Below the pieces are notes generated by a model. The model was not told the DNA's origin and ran no database searches. It saw only the letters and a program-made list of their open reading frames with translations. 64,000 nt of DNA from Patescibacteria group bacterium (GTDB lineage: Bacteria > Patescibacteriota > Patescibacteriia > UBA2591 > UBA4787), in NCBI GenBank assembly GCA_028715115.1, contig JAQUSN010000002.1, positions 4,944-68,943 of the forward strand, in the 5' to 3' direction. Both the position numbers and the translations under genes were made by a program. Positions 56,731 to 64,000 of this stretch are shown piece after piece (position 1 is the first letter of the stretch; each line of letters opens with the position of its first letter).

Positions 56731-57133
56731 ATCGTGTCTCATTTGTCTCATTTTGCCCGAAACCCTTTATTTTATCTACCTCTCAATTTTTAAAATGAGA
56801 CACTACTTTTTTACCGTGTCTCATTTATATAACCAGACCGAGAGGGGTCATTTTCGTCCTTGACCGATCCCCAAAGAACCCTTATACTGATTGATAGTTA
56901 TACGTCTCAGACCGACATGGGGTATAGGCCTTCTCCGCCAACTGGCGGATATGGACTACGAGTTAATTTGAAAATCATCAGCTCTCGACTTGTCTTGCAA
57001 AGCTCAATAGAGCGAAGCGGGATTCCTTCGGAGGGGTACCAAACAAAGTCATTGGAGGCAATCAAAAGAGTCTTGATATAGAACTCTTTTTAGTATATAA
57101 TAATTTATAGATTAATATCGTAATAAAATTTAT

Positions 57134-57262
57134 ATGGCACAAAGAGCAAAAAGAGATAATGCAGTCGGAAAGCACAAAAAGTCACACTCGCACAAGACCA
57201 AAAAGAGATTAGAGATCAAGCGATTAATGCTTGAAGCAAGAAAGAATAAAAAACACAGATAG
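57134..57262 (+). CDS. Small highly basic protein (42 aa)
   Basis: MAQRAKRDNAVGKHKKSHSHKTKKRLEIKRLMLEARKNKKHR. Confidence 0.55.
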   Translation: MAQRAKRDNAVGKHKKSHSHKTKKRLEIKRLMLEARKNKKHR

Positions 57263-57430
57263 AAGCTGATATATCCTTAAGACCTAAGGACATGCAAAAC
57301 AAAAGGACAAGGAGTCTGCATTTTGCCTAAATTAATTATAGTAATATATCTTTAATCTTAAAAAGATTATAATTTATATTATTTATTGTTTTTTTAAGTA
57401 AAAGGGCAGAAGTTGATTAAAAAATATTTT

Positions 57431-58123
57431 ATGAAAAAAATATTACTAATCATTATTTTATTTATCATTGCCGCAGTAATTTTATTTTTAGTACGATATT
57501 TTTTAATGCCAAAACAACTCCAGCCGGTTTCAAATACAAATCAGTCACTGGCGATAATCAACAATTCCTCTAATCCTGCGCCTTTGCCGAATCATATTCT
57601 AACGATGTCTAATTTTCAGCCGCCCCTTGATAGAGCAGGTGAGCGGGTTACGAAGAAAAACTTTGGTATTTATATTACTCCGCAAACTTCACCGGTCCAG
57701 CCGGAAAGATTTGCTGGCTATCATACTGGCGCTGACTTTGAAATATTTCCCGAAGAAATCAACATCGACGTGCCGGTTAAAGCAATTTGTTCTGGCGATT
57801 TAAAATTAAAAAAATCGGCTAGTGGTTATGGTGGTGTGGCGGTAGAATCTTGTTCTTTAAACGGCCAGTCATTCACAATAATTTATGGGCATTTAAAATT
57901 AGCGAGCATCAGCTCTAAGGTCGGGAATAGTATTAAAAGCGGCGATATAATCGGCGTTTTGGGTGCCGCTTATAGTCCAGAAACCGACGGCGAAAGAAAA
58001 CATTTGCATTTAGGAATTCACCGAGGAACCGCCATTAATATTTTGGGCTATGTTCAAAATAAGGCCGATTTATCCGCCTGGACTGATCCTTGTTTGTATG
58101 TTTGCCCCGCAGTGAAAATTTAA
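57431..58123 (+). CDS. M23 family metallopeptidase
   Basis: HTGAD, YGHL, HLH. Confidence 0.88.
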   Translation: MKKILLIIILFIIAAVILFLVRYFLMPKQLQPVSNTNQSLAIINNSSNPAPLPNHILTMSNFQPPLDRAGERVTKKNFGIYITPQTSPVQPERFAGYHTGADFEIFPEEINIDVPVKAICSGDLKLKKSASGYGGVAVESCSLNGQSFTIIYGHLKLASISSKVGNSIKSGDIIGVLGAAYSPETDGERKHLHLGIHRGTAINILGYVQNKADLSAWTDPCLYVCPAVKI

Positions 58124-58282
58124 TGGTTCTTAAAACTGCGTTTTGCGACCACGACAAGCGTCTAGCTAAAATGTTATCGATATATTAAATTATTATTTAT
58201 TTTTCGAACCCCAAGCAGTATCAAATTTCTACTTCGGGGGGGGGGTTGCCATAATTAAATATTTTTATATATTATATTTAGC

Positions 58283-58861
58283 ATGATAGGCCAAGATATA
58301 AATTTAGTGCGGCAATATCTTAATGGCGATGAACAATCGCTAGAGATTTTGATTAAAAAATACCTTAAACAGATTTATGGTTTTGTCTATCGTTATACAA
58401 ATAGCGCTTCAGAGACAGAAGACATAACACAGGAGGTCTTTTTGCGGATGTGGCGAAATATTAAAAAATTTGATCAAAAGAAAAATTTTAAAACCTGGCT
58501 ATTTGCCATTGCTAAAAACGCAGCTATTGATCATTTCCGAAAATACCGCCTGGCAACAGGTGAAAGAAAAGCGGTGCCTTTTTCGAACTTTGAGAATGAA
58601 GACGGCAGCAATTTAATCTTTGATACTTTAGCTGACCTTGGCCCCACGGCTCACGAAATTTTCGAAAGAAAGAATTTAGTCCAAATTATTTCTTTAGCTG
58701 TGGAAAAACTCTCCGAAAAATACCAAACCGTCCTTTCTCTTTATTATCACAAACAATTAAATTTCCGGGAAATTGCCGAGCAACTTAATCAATCTATTAA
58801 TACGGTGAAAAGTAATCACCGCCGAGCTATTATTGCTTTAAAAAATATCCTATTAAAATAA
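58283..58861 (+). CDS. ECF RNA polymerase sigma factor
   Basis: EDITQEVFLRMW, FKTWLFAIAKN, EIAE...NTVKS. Confidence 0.93.
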   Translation: MIGQDINLVRQYLNGDEQSLEILIKKYLKQIYGFVYRYTNSASETEDITQEVFLRMWRNIKKFDQKKNFKTWLFAIAKNAAIDHFRKYRLATGERKAVPFSNFENEDGSNLIFDTLADLGPTAHEIFERKNLVQIISLAVEKLSEKYQTVLSLYYHKQLNFREIAEQLNQSINTVKSNHRRAIIALKNILLK

Positions 58862-58934
58862 TCTACCAACCGAATGATCGTATAAGTTTTAAAGGGTGCA
58901 CCAAGAGGCACCCTTTTGTCGTATTAACAATATT

Positions 58935-59351
58935 ATGAAAGAAAGCCATATTGACAATTTAGCGCCTCAACTGCCGCCAAATCCGCCGGACTATCTTTTT
59001 ATTAAAATTATCAACCGCATTGAGATCGAAAGAAAAATAGCCATAGCTAGGCGCAGGTTTATTTTGTTCTCTATTGGTTTAATTAGTTCGTTAATAGCAC
59101 TTGTTCCTGTTTTTAAAATAATGCAAAGCGGGTTAATTGAATCCGGATTTATTCAATTCTTTTCTTTGCTTTTCTCCGATTCATCGGTCGTTCTTACTTA
59201 TTGGCACGAATTCGTTTTAACACTTCTAGAATCTATGCCGGTCGCAAGTATTTTGGCTTTTTTGACCACTATTTTTGTTTTTCTTTCTTCGCTTAAATTC
59301 GTGGTTCAAGATGCTAAAGTTGCCTTTAAACATAATTTAGCGAGCAATTAA
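58935..59351 (+). CDS. Putative anti-sigma membrane protein
   Basis: Follows the sigma gene; PPDYLFIKII plus TM segments. Confidence 0.6.
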   Translation: MKESHIDNLAPQLPPNPPDYLFIKIINRIEIERKIAIARRRFILFSIGLISSLIALVPVFKIMQSGLIESGFIQFFSLLFSDSSVVLTYWHEFVLTLLESMPVASILAFLTTIFVFLSSLKFVVQDAKVAFKHNLASN

Positions 59352-59359
59352 TATAAAAC

Positions 59360-59827
59360 ATGAAATTAGATTTTGTTAAAATTTTTCAATCTAAACAATT
59401 TAAGATTATTTTCATTGGCGTGGTGGGAGTGATTATGCTTTTGCTTATTTTCAAGATTGGCATGATGGTGGGATTTAAACAAGCAGATTTTTCTTATCGT
59501 TGGGGAGATAACTACCACACAAACTTTGCCGGTCCCCAGGGTGGATTTTTACTTAGGGATTTTAATGGGCGGGAGTTTATGGATGCTCACGGAGTCTTTG
59601 GTCAAATAATAAAAATTGATAACCCAATGATTATCACCAGGGGGCCTGGCGACATGGAAAAGATAGTTTTAGTAAAAAACAATACCATAATTAACCGCTT
59701 AAGAGACAGAATAGAGATCGACGATTTAAGGCCAGATGATTTTATTGTAGTTATCGGTGCTCCAAATAATATCGGTCAGATAGAGGCGCGTTTAATTAGA
59801 ATGGTTTTGTCGCCGTCATTTCGCTAG
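59360..59827 (+). CDS. Hypothetical single-TM protein (DUF5666-like)
   Basis: HGVFGQI...VVIGAPN...IEARLIR. Confidence 0.65.
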   Translation: MKLDFVKIFQSKQFKIIFIGVVGVIMLLLIFKIGMMVGFKQADFSYRWGDNYHTNFAGPQGGFLLRDFNGREFMDAHGVFGQIIKIDNPMIITRGPGDMEKIVLVKNNTIINRLRDRIEIDDLRPDDFIVVIGAPNNIGQIEARLIRMVLSPSFR

Positions 59828-59881
59828 CCTAGCCAGAAGCCATTTATTCTTTAATTATAAGATAATTAAAAAATTATTTTT

Positions 59882-61678
59882 ATGACTGCAAAAATCATTA
59901 AAAGGTTATCAAAGCATAAGGCGATTACTATTTTTAGTGTTGTTGTAATAATTGTAATCGGTTATTTCGGAGTCAAGGCTCTTAAGGGAAGCGGCGTTTC
60001 AATTACCTATGCTTTAGCTTCGGTTGAGAAAGGAACGGTTATAAGTTCTGTTTCCGGCAGTGGCCAGGTTTCTGCCTCTGATCAAATTGAAATTAAATCA
60101 AAGGCCTCAGGAGATGCGCTTTATGTTGGCACTAAGGCGGGACAAAGCGTTAAGTCCGGGACAGTGTTGGTTCAACTTGATTCCAAGAATGCACAAAAGT
60201 CTGTTAGAGACGCGCAGACTAATTTAGATTCAGCTAAGCTATCTTTACAAAAATTACAACAGCCACCAGATTCGCTTTCTCTTTTGCAGGCTCAAGACGC
60301 TCTGGTTCAAGCCAATCAATCCAAACAAAATGCGCTAGATGATTTGGCTAAAACCTATGAAGACGGTTTTAATACAGTCTCTAATGCTTTTTTGGATTTA
60401 CCTACTATTATGACCGGGCTAGATAATATTTTACACAGTTATACCCTTAGCCAAACGCAAATGAATTTGGATTATTATGCTAATGGGGCCCTGAGGTATG
60501 ATAGCGCGGCTACGCAATACAGAAATGACGCCGAAGACAAGTATCAAAAAGCTAAAAAAGAATACGATCAAAATTTTACCGACTATAAGTCCACGACCAG
60601 GTTTTCTTCAACTGAAGCGATTGAGAGTTTAGTCACGGAAACTTATAACACTACAAAAGATTTGGCCGAAGCGGTGAAAAGCACCAATAATTTAATTCAA
60701 TTTTACAAAGATAAACTAACAGAACATAGCATAATTCCTAGTCCAATGGCTGATACGCATCTAACAAATTTAAATACTTATACCAGTAAGACTAATAGTA
60801 GTCTTTCAAGCTTGCTTTCGATTAAAACTTCCATCACGGACGATAAGCAGGCCATTACCAATGCTGATGCAACCATTGCCGAACGAACCGCTTCATTAGC
60901 AAAACTTCAGGCTGGAACCGATCCTTTAGATATTCAATCACAGCAACTCAGTATTAAACAAAAAGAAAATGCTTTACTTGATGCCAAACAAACTTTGACC
61001 GACTATTCAATTCGGGCTCCGATTGACGGCACAATCGCCGAATTAGACGTTAAAAAAGGAGATTCTGTTTCTAGTGGTACGACCGTAGCCATAATCATCT
61101 CCAAACAAAGCATTGCCGAGATTCCTTTAAATGAAGTTGACGTATCAAAAGTAAAAATTGGCCAAAAGGCAACACTTACTTTTGATGCGATTGAAGGGTT
61201 AAATATCTCTGGCCAAGTGGCGGAGATAGACACCATTGGTACTGTTTCGCAGGGAGTAGTTAATTATAATGTGAAAATTACTTTTGATACCGAAGATACT
61301 CGTGTTAAACCGGGTATGAGCGTTTCAGCAGCCATTATTACCGATATACGACAGGATGTTCTGGTCGTATCAAATTCGGCTATAAAATCATCAGGCGATA
61401 CTAGTTATGTTGAAATTCCGTTGGAAAAAGTTTCTGATACTCAGCTAGCTAGCGCCGGCGGCATTAATTTAAGTGAGACACCTAAAAGACAAATAGTTGT
61501 TACCGGCTTGAGCGATGATAGTTTTACGGAAATTACCAGTGGTTTGAATGAAGGCGATCAAATTATCATTAAAACGATCGCTAATGGCGCCAAAACATCT
61601 TCTACTAAAACGCAAAATATTTTTCAAACAACCGGAGCTAATCGCGGCACTGGCGGTGGTATGATTTTTCGGCCATAA
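59882..61678 (+). CDS. Efflux periplasmic adaptor (MacA/HlyD-like)
   Basis: Long coiled coil; IRAPIDG, VKPGMS, EITSGL. Confidence 0.9.
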   Translation: MTAKIIKRLSKHKAITIFSVVVIIVIGYFGVKALKGSGVSITYALASVEKGTVISSVSGSGQVSASDQIEIKSKASGDALYVGTKAGQSVKSGTVLVQLDSKNAQKSVRDAQTNLDSAKLSLQKLQQPPDSLSLLQAQDALVQANQSKQNALDDLAKTYEDGFNTVSNAFLDLPTIMTGLDNILHSYTLSQTQMNLDYYANGALRYDSAATQYRNDAEDKYQKAKKEYDQNFTDYKSTTRFSSTEAIESLVTETYNTTKDLAEAVKSTNNLIQFYKDKLTEHSIIPSPMADTHLTNLNTYTSKTNSSLSSLLSIKTSITDDKQAITNADATIAERTASLAKLQAGTDPLDIQSQQLSIKQKENALLDAKQTLTDYSIRAPIDGTIAELDVKKGDSVSSGTTVAIIISKQSIAEIPLNEVDVSKVKIGQKATLTFDAIEGLNISGQVAEIDTIGTVSQGVVNYNVKITFDTEDTRVKPGMSVSAAIITDIRQDVLVVSNSAIKSSGDTSYVEIPLEKVSDTQLASAGGINLSETPKRQIVVTGLSDDSFTEITSGLNEGDQIIIKTIANGAKTSSTKTQNIFQTTGANRGTGGGMIFRP

Positions 61679-61689
61679 AAAATTGAATT

Positions 61690-62403
61690 ATGATAGAATG
61701 TAAAAATATAAATAAAATATATAAAAGCGAGGCCTTCGAGACTATCGCCCTAAAAGACATTTCTTTTATTATTAAAGATGGGGAATTTGTGGCTATTATG
61801 GGTCCGTCTGGCTCGGGCAAATCTACTTTGATGCATATTTTAGGCGCGCTGGACACTCCCACCAGCGGTGAATATTTTTTAGACGGCAAAGATGTTTCTA
61901 AACTTTCCGATGATGAATTAGCGGATATTAGAAAACAAAAAATAGGTTTTATTTTTCAGTCATATAATTTATTGCCACGCGCTACGGTTATTCGCAACGT
62001 AGTTTTGCCGTTAATTTATTCCGGAGTTCCAAAAGAAGAACGCGACCAGCGCGCGAAAGAATCACTGAAAAACTCAGGATTAGATGAATCGCACTTTTAT
62101 CATCTTTCCAATCAGCTTTCCGGCGGTCAGATGCAGCGAGTGGCTATTGCCAGAGCGCTGGTTAATAGCCCTTCTTTAATTTTAGCCGATGAACCGACCG
62201 GAAATCTTGATACGAAGACAGGCGAAATTGTTTTAGCTACCTTTCAAGAATTAAACGATAAACAAAAACGAACTATAATTCTAATTACCCATGAGCGTTA
62301 TGTAGCTGAACATGCTGATCGCATTATTACTATTCGCGACGGCGCTATTGTTGAAGACAGTAAAAATATTCAAAAGAGAATTATTAATTTTAATAATTTA
62401 TGA
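61690..62403 (+). CDS. ABC transporter ATP-binding protein (MacB/LolD-like)
   Basis: GPSGSGKST, LSGGQ, ADEPTGNLD. Confidence 0.95.
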   Translation: MIECKNINKIYKSEAFETIALKDISFIIKDGEFVAIMGPSGSGKSTLMHILGALDTPTSGEYFLDGKDVSKLSDDELADIRKQKIGFIFQSYNLLPRATVIRNVVLPLIYSGVPKEERDQRAKESLKNSGLDESHFYHLSNQLSGGQMQRVAIARALVNSPSLILADEPTGNLDTKTGEIVLATFQELNDKQKRTIILITHERYVAEHADRIITIRDGAIVEDSKNIQKRIINFNNL

Positions 62404-63623
62404 GAATATCGGATTTATTCCAAGAAACATTTTTGGCTCTGTTGGCCAATAAGGCTCGGTCAGGATTAACTGTTCTTGGTATTGTTATTGGCATTGGATC
62501 GGTTATTGCCATGATTTCCATTGGTCAGGGAGCGCAGGGTTCTATTCAATCCAGCATTCAATCGTTAGGATCGAATTTAATTTTAGTTACGCCTGGCATG
62601 CAACGAGGAGTTGGTAATCAAGTCAGCCAAGGTCGCGGCTCGGCTCAGACGTTAACGCTCGAAGATGCTAGTGCTATTTCGCAAAATATTTTTAATATTT
62701 CTGGCGTCGCTCCAGATTTATCAGGCCGTTATCAAGTTACGGCCAAAGGGACCAACACCAACACATCTATTGACGGCGTGACTCCGTTTTATTCTTCTGT
62801 TAGGAATATAGAGATTGCTGATGGAGTATTTATTACGGATCAAAATGTAGCCAACTTAAGTAGGGTGGCGATTCTGGGGTCGGCAGTTAGCGAAGACCTT
62901 TTCGGTACAGACGTAAGTCCGATTGGCCAAACAATTCGCATTAAAAATATAAATTTTACGGTCGTTGGGCTTACCAAAAGCAAGGGTGGGACTGGCTTTG
63001 GCAGCCAGGATGACATGATCTTTATTCCTTTAACTACGGCGCAACAATTTTTAGCCGGCAGTCAAAGGGTTAGTACAATTAGTGTTCAGGCGACCAGTCA
63101 AGCGGTTATGTCGCAAGTTCAAGAAGATATTACTTTTTTATTATTAGAACGTCATCATATTTCTGATTCAGCCTTAGCAGATTTCAGTATTTTAAATCAA
63201 TCTGATATTGTTGCCGCTGCTTCATCGGTAACCAACACCTTTACGATTTTATTAGGTTCAGTCGCGGCTATTTCGCTTTTAGTTGGTGGTATTGGTATTA
63301 TGAATATGATGCTCACTACGGTTACTGAGCGGACGCGCGAAATCGGTCTTCGTAAAGCGATTGGCGCAAAGGGCGGAGATATTAATTTGCAATTTTTAAC
63401 CGAAGCCATAATGCTAACTTTTGTCGGTGGCATTGTCGGCGTTATTTTTGGCTGGCTTATCTCTTGGGGCGTTTACCAGTTTGCTAATATTGCTACAAAA
63501 GTTTCTTTGACTTCGATTTTATTGGCTTTCGGAGTTTCGGCTTTAATTGGCATTATTTTTGGCTATTATCCGGCTCGCCGCGCCTCAAAATTAAATCCGA
63601 TTGAAGCCTTAAGATATGAATAA
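62400..63623 (+). CDS. ABC permease (MacB-like)
   Basis: GGIGIMNMML...ERTREIGLRKAIGA...PIEALRYE. Confidence 0.95.
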   Translation: MRISDLFQETFLALLANKARSGLTVLGIVIGIGSVIAMISIGQGAQGSIQSSIQSLGSNLILVTPGMQRGVGNQVSQGRGSAQTLTLEDASAISQNIFNISGVAPDLSGRYQVTAKGTNTNTSIDGVTPFYSSVRNIEIADGVFITDQNVANLSRVAILGSAVSEDLFGTDVSPIGQTIRIKNINFTVVGLTKSKGGTGFGSQDDMIFIPLTTAQQFLAGSQRVSTISVQATSQAVMSQVQEDITFLLLERHHISDSALADFSILNQSDIVAAASSVTNTFTILLGSVAAISLLVGGIGIMNMMLTTVTERTREIGLRKAIGAKGGDINLQFLTEAIMLTFVGGIVGVIFGWLISWGVYQFANIATKVSLTSILLAFGVSALIGIIFGYYPARRASKLNPIEALRYE

Positions 63624-63680
63624 TTTTATCAAAAAAATCTCCCCATCAGAAGTTATTATCTTAATTAATAAAATAATTTT

Positions 63681-64000
63681 ATGAAAAAATTTTTACCCTT
63701 AATCATTATAATTGTCGTGGCGATTGCGCTTAGCGCATTTTGGGGCGGCGCTAAATATGCGCAAAGCAAAAGCAGATCAATATCTCAGGCGAATATGCAA
63801 AGGTTTCAACAAATGGGCGGGGCAAGGCCTAGTGCTGGCAGTCGACAGGCAGGAACGGCTTTTATTAACGGACAAATAATTGCTAAAGATGATAAAAGCG
63901 TCACCATCAAACTTCGCGACGGTGGATCTAAAATAATTTTTTACTCTGATAAAACAGAGATAGGCAAATTCGTTGCCGGTACAATTAATGATTTAGTCGT
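63681..64000 (+). CDS. Hypothetical single-TM protein (3'-partial)
   Basis: MKKFLPLIIII... open to window end. Confidence 0.65.
   Translation, partial: MKKFLPLIIIIVVAIALSAFWGGAKYAQSKSRSISQANMQRFQQMGGARPSAGSRQAGTAFINGQIIAKDDKSVTIKLRDGGSKIIFYSDKTEIGKFVAGTINDLV

Larger units (their letters stand above)
48407..57041. mobile_element. Serine-recombinase island 2 beside tRNA-Lys, with metal/iron cargo
   Basis: Recombinase next to tRNA; degenerate tRNA 3'-end copy at 57021-57041; terminal motif shared with island 1. Confidence 0.65.

Noticed and set aside
56890-56935. Group I intron remnant (GTTATACG...GGTATAGGCC, loosely like the R/S elements)
   Set aside because: Too degenerate; no convincing P3/P7 pairing could be drawn by eye.
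1-64000. CRISPR array or rRNA
   Set aside because: No regularly spaced direct repeats, cas genes or rRNA signatures seen.

Overview
AT-rich bacterial window whose gene content and style point to a Patescibacteria/CPR (Parcubacteria-like) genome; this is inferred, not verified. Bases 1-6240 hold an unusual composite diversity-generating retroelement (DGR) locus: two unrelated template repeats (TR1 on +, TR2 on -), two Avd genes and three target genes showing adenine-specific mutagenesis, but only ONE reverse transcriptase. Bases ~6280-14860 are a serine-recombinase island carrying a thermonuclease, a terminase-like ATPase with no recognisable nuclease domain, an HTH protein, a ParB-methyltransferase, a LexA-like repressor and structured non-coding segments. 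At 17820-18073 an intact tRNA-Ser(TGA) is nested inside a second, covarying tRNA-Ser gene that has been broken up by short GC palindromes. The middle of the window is largely housekeeping: rplT-rpmI-infC, tmRNA/smpB, Clp ATPase, holB, a split nrdD, mltG, rhamnose genes, murA, recR, dnaB and tRNAs. A second serine-recombinase island next to tRNA-Lys carries a metal/iron cluster (NifB/NifX, CDF, feoAB). The window ends with an M23 peptidase, an ECF sigma/anti-sigma pair and a MacAB-like ABC exporter. All alignments and counts were done by eye.
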